Positions 26,318-36,428 of a stretch of 64,000 nucleotides of DNA are shown piece after piece. Location of the stretch: positions 4,416,001-4,480,000 of the forward strand of contig CBDETY010000003.1 of assembly GCA_965243025.1 (NCBI GenBank), given 5' to 3'. Source of the stretch: Candidatus Latescibacterota bacterium. Its GTDB lineage: Bacteria > Latescibacterota > UBA2968 > UBA8231. The notes below the pieces were generated by a model. The model was not told where the DNA came from. It searched no databases and worked only from the letters and a program-made list of their open reading frames with translations. The translations under genes and the position numbers were made by a program. Position 1 is the first letter of the stretch; every line of letters starts with the position of its first letter.

Positions 26318-27865
26318 ATGACCGATCTCACATCGAAGGTTCCCAGGTTCACGTTCCCCGACACCCTCGCCGAGCAGGAGGCCGCCCTGGCCTCCAACCC
26401 GCTGATGCAGCGGCTGCTCGCCTCGCGCAAGACCTACGCCAGCGACCCCCACCGGCCGCTCTACCACTACGTCAACCCCGAGGCGATGCTGAACGACCCG
26501 AACGGGCTCTGCCGCTGGCAGGACCGCTGGCACCTGTTCTACCAGGCCTACCCGCCGGAGGACACCCGCCAGCACTGGGGCCACGCCGTTTCCGACGACC
26601 TGATTCACTGGCGCGACCTTCCCTACTGCATCTACCCCGATCCGGAGGAGAGGTGCTTCTCGGGGGCGACCCTGGTCGAGGAGGACCGCGTCATCGCCAT
26701 CTACCACGGCACGAAGGTCGGCAACATGGTCGCGGTGGCCAGCGATCCGCTGCTGCTCAACTGGGAGAAGGTGGCCAATAAAGCGGTGATCCCGATACGG
26801 GCCCCCGACGGCTCCGAGCTGCCGTACAGGGTGTTCGACCCCTGTATCTGGAAAAAGGACGGCGCCTACTACTCGCTGTCGGCCGGAAGGAAGCCGGAGG
26901 GACCCGCGGGAAAACCGGTGCGCGCCAACTTCCTGCTGCGTTCCGACGACCTCGAGCACTGGGAGTACCTGCACCCGTTCGTCGAGGACGACGCTTTCAC
27001 CCTCGTCGGCGACGACGGCGCCTGCCCGTACTTCTGGCCGATCGGCGACCGCCACATCCTCCTCTTCTTCAGCCACATGAGCGGCGGCCAGTACCTGCTC
27101 GGCGACTACGACCGCGAGAGGGACAAGTTCGTCGTCACCCACGGCCAGAAGTTCAACTTCGGAGCCGCCTCCCCTTCCGGGCTGCACGCGCCGTCGGCCA
27201 CGCCTGACGAAAACGGGGACGTGATCGTCATCTTCAACATGAATCCGGGCAAGCCGACGGAGGGCTGGGATCAGATCATGACGCTGCCGAGGCGGCTGTC
27301 CGTCGACGGCGACGATCTCTCGATGGTCCCGGCCGGCGGCATCGAGTCGGTGCGCGGGTCCCACGAGCGCATCGAGGACATGAGCCTGCCGGCCAACCGG
27401 GAAGTCGTGCTCGACGCGGTGGCGGGAAACGCGCTGGAAATCATCGCGGAAATCGATCCGCGCGAGTCCCCCATGGTCGAGCTGAACCTGCTGCGCTCAC
27501 CGGACCGCGAGGAGTTCACGCGCGTCGCCTTCTACAAGGAGCGCGGCTTCTCCCAGCGGGTTTTCGGCACTGACGCCCGGCAGAGCCTTTTGACCATCGA
27601 TACCTCCTATTCCTCGACCGCCCCCGACGTGCTCTCCCGGGCCCCCGAAACCGCCCCGGTGCTGCTCGGCGAAGGGGAGCTTCTCGAGCTGCGGGTGTTC
27701 GTCGACCGCAGCGTGGTCGAGGTCTTCGCCAACGGCAGGCAGTGCCTGGCGGTGCGCGTCTATCCGGACCGCGCCGACAGCACCGGGGTTTCTCTGCGCG
27801 CCCAGGGGAGCGGGGCCCGGCTCAGGTCGCTCGACGCCTGGCAGATGAACTCGATCTGGGAGTGA
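26318..27865 (+). CDS. Glycoside hydrolase family 32-like protein
   Basis: Motifs LNDPNG, HLFYQ, HWGHAVSDDLIHW, CFSG, VFVDRSVVEVFAN; the RDP and EC motifs are atypical. Confidence 0.88.
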   Translation: MTDLTSKVPRFTFPDTLAEQEAALASNPLMQRLLASRKTYASDPHRPLYHYVNPEAMLNDPNGLCRWQDRWHLFYQAYPPEDTRQHWGHAVSDDLIHWRDLPYCIYPDPEERCFSGATLVEEDRVIAIYHGTKVGNMVAVASDPLLLNWEKVANKAVIPIRAPDGSELPYRVFDPCIWKKDGAYYSLSAGRKPEGPAGKPVRANFLLRSDDLEHWEYLHPFVEDDAFTLVGDDGACPYFWPIGDRHILLFFSHMSGGQYLLGDYDRERDKFVVTHGQKFNFGAASPSGLHAPSATPDENGDVIVIFNMNPGKPTEGWDQIMTLPRRLSVDGDDLSMVPAGGIESVRGSHERIEDMSLPANREVVLDAVAGNALEIIAEIDPRESPMVELNLLRSPDREEFTRVAFYKERGFSQRVFGTDARQSLLTIDTSYSSTAPDVLSRAPETAPVLLGEGELLELRVFVDRSVVEVFANGRQCLAVRVYPDRADSTGVSLRAQGSGARLRSLDAWQMNSIWE

Positions 27866-27979
27866 CGGCTGCAGGATGGCGGGCTGCCGGGCTGCCGGGG
27901 GCACCTCGTACATTTGTCATATCCGCTTCATTCACCGCTCGCCGCCGAAACTTTCTGCGCATGACACCCGGAGAAAACC

Positions 27980-28552
27980 ATGATTCGAGCTTCGCTGACC
28001 ATTCCGTTGCCGCTCGCCCTGGCGGCGCTGGTTTCCTTCTCGACAGCACACAGGGCGGCCGCCGACGGACATCTCCTCGCCGCCGCCGAGGTAGTGGACC
28101 GGGAGACCCTGAAAGACTTCGTGCTCGGAGCGAAGGGCCTCGTGGAATCCGCCGGAAACGAGGAGGAACTGGAGACCGTCCTGGAGGAGCTCAGGACCGA
28201 CAAGTGGAAAGAGGGATCGATCTACATCTTCATCACCGGCTACGACGGCACCAGCTTCTTTCACGGCGCCGTGCCGGCGCGCGAGGGCACCAACAACATC
28301 GACCAGGAGGACAGCAACGGGGTCATGGTCGTGCAGGAGCTGATCGCCGCGGCAAAATCCGGAGGAGGGTTCGTCGAGTACCTCTGGGACAACCCGGCGA
28401 TAGAAGGAGCGGACGAATCCCCCAAGGTCAGCTACGCCGCTCCCGTCGAGATCCTGGGGGAGAGCTACTATATCGGCGCGGGGTTGTATCCATCCGCGGA
28501 AGGAACCAGCGTCGCCCCCAGCTCCTGGGGCCGGTTGAAAGAGGGGCTCTGA
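27980..28552 (+). CDS. Secreted stand-alone single Cache domain protein
   Basis: Signal peptide; WKEGSIYIF, DSNG..VVQELI...GGGFVEYLWDNP, KVSYA, IGAGLY; C-terminal SVAPSSWGRLK. Confidence 0.82.
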   Translation: MIRASLTIPLPLALAALVSFSTAHRAAADGHLLAAAEVVDRETLKDFVLGAKGLVESAGNEEELETVLEELRTDKWKEGSIYIFITGYDGTSFFHGAVPAREGTNNIDQEDSNGVMVVQELIAAAKSGGGFVEYLWDNPAIEGADESPKVSYAAPVEILGESYYIGAGLYPSAEGTSVAPSSWGRLKEGL

Positions 28553-28751
28553 AGTTCCGTCCCCGGCAGGGGAACCGTTGGCTTGGCGGCCGGGGCGAAA
28601 CGGGACAGCGACCTGGTTTCCGAAGGTCGATTTCTGATAGTCCGAGCTGCTCCGTGCGGATCCCCTGGAATGCCGCCTGTTGGCATCGAACGAGTTTTCC
28701 GGTGCCGGGCGAGGTTGAAGCCGCAGGTGTCGAGCTGATCTCCGAGCCCCC

Positions 28752-29816
28752 TCACCGGTCGAGCCAGGCGCGCACGATATCGATCACGAGGGCGACGTCG
28801 TCGCGAGCCCCTTCCAGCGAGGTGCGGCACTCGACTCCTTCCGTTACGCAGGCGTGGAAGTGGCGCAGCTCGCGCACGAAAGGGATCTCCCAGTCGACGA
28901 ACGGCTGGCGGCGAAAGGGACGGCCCTCGCCGTCGACGCCGCGGATTTCGAGCTGCGACGGTATGCCGCGCGAGAACCCGGTCGGGTACGACAGCACGGC
29001 GCCGCGGTCGTCGCTGTAGACTTCCAGGGTCTCGACGAACTCCTTGATCCCCGAAAGCTCCACCCAGGTCGCCGCGCAGCGGGCTCCCGAAGCGTAGGCG
29101 AGGACGGCCGTTACCCCGAAGCCCCCGTTCCAGACCTCGGTGCTCACCACCCGCTCCGGCTGCCCGAACAGGATCCGCAGGCCGTAGAGGTCGTGGATCA
29201 TGCTGCCGGCGAGGATGTAGAAGATCCGCCTCGCCTCCTCCGGGACCCCGCTTCCCAGGGCTTCGGCGACATCGTCGGCTCTTTTGGCCACCGCCGCAGG
29301 CGGCCGGCCCCCGCCCCGCCTGATGCCGAAGTGCGCCAGGTGGTGGCTGTTGTCGGTGTGCAGGTGGTTGACCTGGATGAAGCGAACCGGCCCCATCGAC
29401 TCGACCTCGCGCGCCAGCAGCTCGAAGGCGGGGTCGTGGGCCTTCATGTACCCCGCCTGGGCAACCACTCCGGCGCCGCGCGCCGCGGCGATCATGGCAT
29501 CGGCGTCGGACAGGGTGAAGCAGACCGGTTTCTCGATGAACAGGTGCTTTCCAGCCTCCAGGACCGCGAGGCAGGCCTCGGTCTTGGGGTCGCCGTGGCA
29601 CAGCAGCACGGCGTCGACGTCGGCGGCCAGCAACTCGCGGTAGTCGGTGACGTATCGGGGAACGTGGAACTGTCCCGCGACCGCCTCGGCGAGGTCGGGC
29701 GAGATGTCGCAGACCACCGGGACCTCGAACAGGTCCTTGAGCAGGGCGAGGTTGGGCAGGTGATGGACCTGCGCGATGGCGCCGCAGCCGACGACGCCGA
29801 TTCTGACGGCAGCCAT
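28752..29816 (-). CDS. Gfo/Idh/MocA family oxidoreductase
   Basis: Motifs IGVVGCGAIA, GKHLFIEKP, GYMK, IHDL. Confidence 0.9.
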   Translation of the reverse strand: MAAVRIGVVGCGAIAQVHHLPNLALLKDLFEVPVVCDISPDLAEAVAGQFHVPRYVTDYRELLAADVDAVLLCHGDPKTEACLAVLEAGKHLFIEKPVCFTLSDADAMIAAARGAGVVAQAGYMKAHDPAFELLAREVESMGPVRFIQVNHLHTDNSHHLAHFGIRRGGGRPPAAVAKRADDVAEALGSGVPEEARRIFYILAGSMIHDLYGLRILFGQPERVVSTEVWNGGFGVTAVLAYASGARCAATWVELSGIKEFVETLEVYSDDRGAVLSYPTGFSRGIPSQLEIRGVDGEGRPFRRQPFVDWEIPFVRELRHFHACVTEGVECRTSLEGARDDVALVIDIVRAWLDR

Positions 29817-29822
29817 GTTCCC

Positions 29823-30476
29823 TCACTCTCCGTCGAAGCGGCTGATGCGCGGGGCCGCCGTGTTCCACAGGTCGCCGAGCGCGAAGATCTCCTTGTATCC
29901 CCGGTACACCCCCTCCCACAGCTGATTGCGAAGCTCTTGGACCTTGTCCCAGTCGCCCGCAGCCAGGGCGGCTTTGAGTTCGCCGGCCGCCTCGGCCTGT
30001 CGGTCTGCGGCGGCGCGCGCGGTTCGCGCGAATTCCGCCGAAGCGGCGACGAAGCCGTCGACCAGGTCTGGCGCCGGGGTGGCGGAGTCGGTTTCGACCT
30101 CGTACGAGCTGCTGGGGGCAAACCGCAGCGGATGCCGGCTGCCGTCGTCGTCGCGGTACGTGTGTGTCGGCTGGATATGGGGCGTCACAGACAGGTACAT
30201 GATCACCGGCTCGTCGCCGACGACGCGGATCCTGTGCGGCTCGTCTGTCAGGGCGATGCACAGCTGCCCCGGTCCCAGCACCGCGGTTTCCCCGGAGATG
30301 TGGAACTCGCAGCGCCCCTGCATGATCAGGAAGATCTCGTGGCCCAGGTCGTGGCTGTGCTGCACCGTCTGCACGGTTCCCGGCTCCGCCTTCATGAAAC
30401 GGCAGCGGATCTCGGGACGCACCAGCATCTGGCAGACGTGCTCGTCGTTGCGGAAGTCGTACACCTTCAGGGACAT
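29823..30476 (-). CDS. Cupin domain protein with helical C-terminal extension
   Basis: Motifs HSHDLGHEIFLIMQG and PGQLCIALTDEPHRI. Confidence 0.8.
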   Translation of the reverse strand: MSLKVYDFRNDEHVCQMLVRPEIRCRFMKAEPGTVQTVQHSHDLGHEIFLIMQGRCEFHISGETAVLGPGQLCIALTDEPHRIRVVGDEPVIMYLSVTPHIQPTHTYRDDDGSRHPLRFAPSSSYEVETDSATPAPDLVDGFVAASAEFARTARAAADRQAEAAGELKAALAAGDWDKVQELRNQLWEGVYRGYKEIFALGDLWNTAAPRISRFDGE

Positions 30477-30612
30477 GTGGGTTTCTCCTGGGGGGCAGCT
30501 AAAAAGACAGGGCGGTACCTGCCGGAAATGGGACCATTGGCCGTACTTACCTCTTGCGGTGAAGCGCACTACTCGCACGGGCGCCTCCTGTATTCATCCC
30601 GGGTCAATCTGG

Positions 30613-32106
30613 TCAATCCCCGTCGAGGTAGTCCATGCCGCTCAGCAGCGGCCACCGGTAGCGGTCGGGGGGCTGCACCCGCCTCGCCCAGGCTCCCAGG
30701 ATTTTCTGGTCTTCCCGCAGCGCCGCCATGCGGGCCATCACCCACTCCGGGTCCCAGTCCCGGAGCAGCTGGTCGAGCAGCTCGTCGCGGACCGGCGCGC
30801 AACCTGAGTCGGCCGCGAGGTCGTTCGTTTCGCGCGGGTCCTCGGCGAGGTTGAAAAGCTGGCAGGGCATGCCGTGGTAGTAGTTGAGCTTCCAATCCCC
30901 CCGGCGGATCATGCGCTGGAACACCCCGTGCTCGGCAAACGGCCCCCCGGAGCCGGCGGCGTCGAGGCAGAACTCCGAGTAGGCGACGTCTTCCCAGGGA
31001 GCGCCTGGATCGCGCAGCAGTTCCAGCATGCTGCGTCCCCTTGAATGGGGCAGCGGCGTAGCCCCGAGGGCATCGAGCATGGTGGCGTTGAGGTCGAGCG
31101 AGCTGACGACGCGGCCGCAGCGCTCTCCCTGCGGCAGGCCGCCCGGCCAGGACAGTACGGCCGGGACCTTCACCGAGTCCTCGTAGAAGGTCTGTTTCCA
31201 CCACAGGCCGTGCTCGCCGGCCTGCTCGCCGTGGTCGGAGGTGTAGAGGATCAGGGTGTTGCGGTCGAGGTCGTTGCGGCGCAGGGCCTCGAGGATCTCG
31301 CCGATCATCGCGTCCATCCGCGTCACCAGCGCCCAGTACGCCGTGCGCGCCCGGAGTACCTCCTCGTCGGGAACCTCGACGGTGCCGGTAGCCTGCCGCC
31401 AGCGGGCGATGTGCGGGTGCAGGTCGCCGCCGAACGGCTCGGGAGTGCGCGCCATCGTCATCCGCCCCTCGTACAGCTCGTAATCCTCGCGGCGCGCCGC
31501 GAACGGCTGGTGCGGCAGCATGAACCCGACCGACATCGAGAACGGGGAGCTGTCCACCCCGGCGCGTCTCTTCACTCCAATGCGGTTGAGGCAGTCGACC
31601 GCCGCTGCCGTGACGTCTTCATCGTGGACCTGGTAGGAGCTCTGGCCCGGACCCGAGTTGGTCAGACTGATGCGGGCCGGGCCGGCGCAGCCCTGGAGGT
31701 CGCCGCGGTCGGCCCCGCCGTTCCCCCCGGGGTGATTGGGGCCGTGGTCTCCCACGAGGCGCTCGGCGTAGCCGTGAAGCTGATCCGGCCCCAGGGCATG
31801 CATGCGCCCGATCAGAACCGGGCGGTACCCCGACGCGCCCATGGCGTGGGCGAGCGTCGGTATCGCCGAACTGAGGATGTGGCTGTTGGTCCAGACCTGG
31901 TTTTCGAAAGGATGCCTGCCGCTGAGCATCGACATCCGCGACGGCACGCAGATCGGCGACGGGCAGTACGCGTTCTCGAGCAGGACCCCTTCCGCGGCGA
32001 GGGCGTCGAGATTGGGGGTCCGCGCCAGCGGGTCGCCGCAGCAGCCGGCGACGAACGGGCTGTGCTGATCGGAATGGATGTAGAGGAGATTGGGGGGGTC
32101 TGACAT
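30613..32106 (-). CDS. Sulfatase (choline-sulfatase-like)
   Basis: Motifs PNLLYIHSDQH, CVPSR (CxPxR), GRMH, PHQP, TSDHGE, WKQTFYE. Confidence 0.92.
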   Translation of the reverse strand: MSDPPNLLYIHSDQHSPFVAGCCGDPLARTPNLDALAAEGVLLENAYCPSPICVPSRMSMLSGRHPFENQVWTNSHILSSAIPTLAHAMGASGYRPVLIGRMHALGPDQLHGYAERLVGDHGPNHPGGNGGADRGDLQGCAGPARISLTNSGPGQSSYQVHDEDVTAAAVDCLNRIGVKRRAGVDSSPFSMSVGFMLPHQPFAARREDYELYEGRMTMARTPEPFGGDLHPHIARWRQATGTVEVPDEEVLRARTAYWALVTRMDAMIGEILEALRRNDLDRNTLILYTSDHGEQAGEHGLWWKQTFYEDSVKVPAVLSWPGGLPQGERCGRVVSSLDLNATMLDALGATPLPHSRGRSMLELLRDPGAPWEDVAYSEFCLDAAGSGGPFAEHGVFQRMIRRGDWKLNYYHGMPCQLFNLAEDPRETNDLAADSGCAPVRDELLDQLLRDWDPEWVMARMAALREDQKILGAWARRVQPPDRYRWPLLSGMDYLDGD

Positions 32107-32411
32107 CGTTTTTGGAGGATGGGAGAACCGGAGGAAAGGACCGACTGTCCTGCCGCGAAGCCGGGCAGATCCCCACTTCCTTTACGGCGGCGGGCTGACG
32201 GTGCCTTGCCGAACTGCACGCGGGATTCCCCCGGCCTCGTGACCTGGGGGAGCCCCGGGAAACACTCGAAAGGTTGCGCAATTCCCCACGCCTTGCAACA
32301 GCCGCACCGCCGCGGCGCTCCCGGCGTGATTTCGTTGCGGCCAGGGGGCGAATCACTACATTGGCAAACCGGGTCGCAGCAGCTCTCTCCCGTCCCGGAA
32401 AGGAACCTTCA

Positions 32412-33158
32412 ATGGCCAGGCGGATTGGAATTACCGGCGCCAACGGCACCATCGGCGGCGTGCTCGCCGCCGGCCTCGGCGACGACTGCGAGATCGCCGG
32501 CTTCGACCGCGAGGAAGGTCCGCGCACCGCGTTCGTCGTCGACTTTGCGGAAGCCGGCCAGGTACAGGGGATCTTCGAGGGACTGGACGCGGTCATTCAC
32601 CTCGCCGCCGATCCGAGCCCGGGAGCCGCCTGGGCCTCGGTCCGCGACAACAACATCGAAGCGACCTACCGGGTATTCGAAGAGTGCCGCAACAGCGGCG
32701 TCGAGCGCATCGTCTTCGCGACCACCAACCACACCCAGCACGGCGACACCATAGCCACTACACCGGAAACTCTGGACCCGGCGAAAAGAAGACACCTGCG
32801 CCTCACCGACCCCCCGAACCCCGACTCCCTCTACGCGGTCTCGAAGCTGTTCGGCGAGAATCTCGGCAAGTACTTCAGCGAGCGGCACGGACTGCGCTTC
32901 ATCGGCCTGCGCATCGGCTGGATCACGGCGCACAACGACGCCGCCCGAATGCGGGGCACCGCCGCCGAGGATTACATGCGCGCCATGCACCTCAGCCACC
33001 GGGACTGCGTGCAGGCCTTCCGCCGCGCCCTCGAGGTCGACGCCCGGTTCCTTCTCGCCTATGCGATCAGCGCCAACGACCGCCGCGTCTTCGATCTCGG
33101 GGACACCGTCGCCGGACTCGGTTTCGCTCCACGGGACAACGCGGAGACCGACTTCTGA
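32412..33158 (+). CDS. NAD-dependent epimerase/dehydratase (uronate dehydrogenase-like)
   Basis: Motifs ITGANGTIG, IHLAA, FATTNH, PDSLYAVSKLFGE, LRIG, LSHRDC. Confidence 0.87.
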   Translation: MARRIGITGANGTIGGVLAAGLGDDCEIAGFDREEGPRTAFVVDFAEAGQVQGIFEGLDAVIHLAADPSPGAAWASVRDNNIEATYRVFEECRNSGVERIVFATTNHTQHGDTIATTPETLDPAKRRHLRLTDPPNPDSLYAVSKLFGENLGKYFSERHGLRFIGLRIGWITAHNDAARMRGTAAEDYMRAMHLSHRDCVQAFRRALEVDARFLLAYAISANDRRVFDLGDTVAGLGFAPRDNAETDF

Positions 33159-34732
33159 TCGCGGTTCATACCTCGGTCGCGGATTTTGCCGGCTCGCGGC
33201 GCGGCCGCGTCGCGGTTGCGGCGTTCTGGGGAATCGCAGGGTTCGCCGCCGCGGCCTGGTGCTTCGACGAAAAGCTTTCACTCAGCGGGGACAACACCGA
33301 ATTCGTCATCCTCGCCCGTTCGCTGGCGCAGGGGGAGGGACTGAACTACGTCAACGCCCCCGAATCCAGGCCGGCCACGAAATATCCCTTCGGCTTCCCG
33401 CTGATGTTGTCTCCCCTTGCCTGGGTCTTCGGCCCCGGCTTTGAAGGGACTTCCGGCGGCGGGGAGCCGGTGCGGGACTTCATCCCGATGAAATGGCTGG
33501 TTGCCGTGCTCTTCGCCGGCGTACCCGTCGTCGTCTACCTGCTGGCCAGGGACTGCCTGGGGGAGGCGTCCGCCTGGGCCGCGGCCCTTCTGTGCGCCTT
33601 GCAGCCCAAGCTGGTCGAGTACGGCAGCCAGGTGATGTCGGAGATCCCCTACACCCTGTTTTCGCTGGCAACCCTTTTCCTGGTCCAGCGAGGCGCCCGT
33701 CGCCGCGAGGGCCTGACCAATCCCTGGCTGACAGCGGGGTTCGTCTGCCTGATGTGGTCGTACTACGTCCGCAGCGTCGGGGTCGTGCTGGTGGCGGCGG
33801 TCCTCCTCTTCCTGGCCATCGACCGGCAGTACCGGCGCGCCCTCGTTCTCGCCGCGGCGGCTTTCGCCGTTGCCCTGCCGTGGTGGCTGCGCAACCATTT
33901 CAGCGGCCGCGGCGGCTTCTATGTGACCCAGTTCCTGCAGGTGAACCCCTACCACCCCGACCGGGGGTACCTCGACGCGGCCGGCTTCCTCGGACGCTTC
34001 GGCGAAAACCTCCAGGCCTACCTCGTCCACATCATGCCGAAGACCCTGTGGCCCTCTTTCTCCGGGGCCCAGTCCGTCTTCAACCCGGTGACCCTGGCCA
34101 TTGTCGCCGTTGCGCTCTACGCCAGCTTCCAGTGCATCCGCAGGCGCGGGAATCTGCTTGTCTGGATCTACGGGGTCCTGTTCCTGGGCCTGATGTTCCT
34201 GTGGCCCTGGGTGGGAGACCGCTTCCTCCTGCCGGCCATTCCCGTGCTGCTGTTGTTTGCGGTGCAAGTCGCCGGCTGCCTCCTCGCGAGGCTCGGCTCC
34301 GTCGCCGGGCGGCCGCTTTCGGCGGTCCTGGGCGCCACCGCCCTGTTGCTCCTGCTCAATTCCCAACTCGACGGACTGCGGGGCCAGGCCCGGTACGCCC
34401 GGGGGCCGTACCAGCCGGGCTGGCAGCGCTACTACGACGCCGGCTTGTGGATACGCGCCAACCTTCCGTCCGACTCGGTGGTTTCCTGCCGCAAGGGGTT
34501 CTGGATGCACGTGGTCTCGGGCCGGCGGACCATCGGCTACAAGTTCAAGGAGCCCGACACGGTGCTTGCCGACCTGCGCAGAAGGGGGGCGGATTACGTC
34601 GTCGTCGACCAGCTCCCCTACCCCTCGACGGCGAGCTACCTGGTGCCGGCGATCAGGAAATTCCCCGACCTCTTCCGCATTGTCTGGCACGGGAAGAATC
34701 CCGACACCTTCGTCCTCGAATTCCAGGGGTGA
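33155..34732 (+). CDS. GT-C (PMT/ArnT-like) multi-pass membrane glycosyltransferase (start uncertain)
   Basis: Motifs GDNTEFVILARSLAQGEG, KYPFGFP, MSEIPY, PWWLRN, RFLLP; many TM helices. Confidence 0.78.
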   Translation: MIAVHTSVADFAGSRRGRVAVAAFWGIAGFAAAAWCFDEKLSLSGDNTEFVILARSLAQGEGLNYVNAPESRPATKYPFGFPLMLSPLAWVFGPGFEGTSGGGEPVRDFIPMKWLVAVLFAGVPVVVYLLARDCLGEASAWAAALLCALQPKLVEYGSQVMSEIPYTLFSLATLFLVQRGARRREGLTNPWLTAGFVCLMWSYYVRSVGVVLVAAVLLFLAIDRQYRRALVLAAAAFAVALPWWLRNHFSGRGGFYVTQFLQVNPYHPDRGYLDAAGFLGRFGENLQAYLVHIMPKTLWPSFSGAQSVFNPVTLAIVAVALYASFQCIRRRGNLLVWIYGVLFLGLMFLWPWVGDRFLLPAIPVLLLFAVQVAGCLLARLGSVAGRPLSAVLGATALLLLLNSQLDGLRGQARYARGPYQPGWQRYYDAGLWIRANLPSDSVVSCRKGFWMHVVSGRRTIGYKFKEPDTVLADLRRRGADYVVVDQLPYPSTASYLVPAIRKFPDLFRIVWHGKNPDTFVLEFQG

Positions 34733-34763
34733 GCGGGCATATCCACCCTTCGCAGTCAAGGCC

Positions 34764-36428
34764 ATGTTCCATCGATTCCCCGGCGCCCCCGAGCGCCGTT
34801 GTGCCCGCCGTCCCACTCCTTTTCCCGGTGGAGTCCGGATTGCTTCCACCCGTTTCAGGAACCGTGCGCGGGGAGGAAAGCGGGGCGCCGTCAATCTGCC
34901 GCGGTGCTTGTGGCTGCTGCCGCTTGCGTTGCTGGGGTGCGGCGGGCGGTCGCATGAAGACACCGAAGTCGGGACCGGCAAGGCGCCCGACGCCGCCCCG
35001 GCCCCGGTCAGGGATTCCGCCGGGATTCCCTGGAACCCATGGGACCGGCAGACTCTTCAGCGGGCGCAGGACCGGGACCTGCCCCTGCTGCTCTACTTCT
35101 CCGCCGAGGGCGCCGACGGGATTTTCCCCGGCGACGACCCCTCGGTGCGCTATCTGGTCGAGCAGAAGTTCACCGCGGTCCGGGTGAATCCTTTCCAACG
35201 CCCCGACCTGGCGCGCCGCTACGCTTCCCGGGGCTGGCCCGCCCTCGCCTTCCTCCTCCCCGACGGCAGCCCTGTGTCGGCAGCTACCGATCTTCCGGCG
35301 AGGAATGCGCGCACCTGGCTGATGCAGATGGCCGATCATTACGAAAAACGCCGCGATGTGCTGGTGAAAAAGGCCGCCCGGGGGAAGACCGGTCCCGGCG
35401 CCACCCTGCTTTCGGCCGCCGACGTGTTCGCCGCGGTCGCCGCGGACTACGACTCCGTGCACGGCGGTTTCGGCGGCCCGGGGAAGTTCCCCGAGCTGTT
35501 GGTTCTCCACTTTCTCTTGCACTACAATAGATTTTCCGGAGACGGGACGGCGCGCGAGATGTGGCTGGCGACGGTGAATGCCATGCTGCGGTCGCCGATG
35601 TGGGATTCCCGAACCGGCGGCATATGCTCCTTCTCCCACACCCCGGACTGGACGACGCCGTCCGCAGCCAGGGACGCCGCCGATCAGGCCGGCCTTGTGC
35701 AGCTGTTGCTCGCCGCCCGGGAAGCGGACCCGGAGGTTTTCACCCCCCTTCTGGACAGGCAGCTCGCTTTCGTGCGCCGGGAACTCTACGACCGCCAGCG
35801 GCGCCTTTTCCACGGGCGCCAGGTGCTGGTCGAGAGCGGCGCCGGGGAAGCGGCCTGGTGGACGGACCGGACGGCATACGCGGGCCGCAATGCCCGGCTC
35901 GTCCTCGCCCTGCTCGATGCTGCCGAGAAGCTCGAGCAGCGGCAATGGGGGGAACTTGCGCTGGGCTCCGCCGAAGCGCTGCTGGCGTTGCTTGTCGACG
36001 GGGACGGCCGGGTCGCTCACTGCCGCCCGGCCGGCTGCGCCTCCGGGCTGCTGGCCGACCAGCTGCTGGTGAGCCGCGCCATGTGGCGGGCCCATCGGTG
36101 GAGCGGGGAGAGCCGCTTCCTGCAAGCGGCGGAACGCACGTTGAGATGGACCGAGGAAAACCTCCACGATTCCCGCACCGGCGGCTTCAGGGACGCATCG
36201 GGCGCAGGCGCCCCGCTGCAGACCTGGGAGGAGCAGATCCCCTTCGAGGATGAAATCCACCCTTCCGGAAACGCCGTCGCCGTCGAAGTATATCTCGACC
36301 TCGAGAGAGCGGACGCCGCCGCAGCGATCGCCGCGGCTCCGCGAATCGCCGGCTCCGCCTCCCGCCTCCACGCGGGAATGGCCGCGGCCATGATGCGCCG
36401 GGAACAGATCGGACAGGCGGGACCGTGA
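34764..36428 (+). CDS. YyaL/SSP411-like (DUF255 thioredoxin plus alpha/alpha-barrel) lipoprotein, degenerate; start uncertain
   Basis: Lipobox LLGC; motifs PWNPW, RPDLARRY..GWP, DSVHGGFGGPGKFP, GLLADQ, PSGNAVA. Confidence 0.72.
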   Translation: MFHRFPGAPERRCARRPTPFPGGVRIASTRFRNRARGGKRGAVNLPRCLWLLPLALLGCGGRSHEDTEVGTGKAPDAAPAPVRDSAGIPWNPWDRQTLQRAQDRDLPLLLYFSAEGADGIFPGDDPSVRYLVEQKFTAVRVNPFQRPDLARRYASRGWPALAFLLPDGSPVSAATDLPARNARTWLMQMADHYEKRRDVLVKKAARGKTGPGATLLSAADVFAAVAADYDSVHGGFGGPGKFPELLVLHFLLHYNRFSGDGTAREMWLATVNAMLRSPMWDSRTGGICSFSHTPDWTTPSAARDAADQAGLVQLLLAAREADPEVFTPLLDRQLAFVRRELYDRQRRLFHGRQVLVESGAGEAAWWTDRTAYAGRNARLVLALLDAAEKLEQRQWGELALGSAEALLALLVDGDGRVAHCRPAGCASGLLADQLLVSRAMWRAHRWSGESRFLQAAERTLRWTEENLHDSRTGGFRDASGAGAPLQTWEEQIPFEDEIHPSGNAVAVEVYLDLERADAAAAIAAAPRIAGSASRLHAGMAAAMMRREQIGQAGP

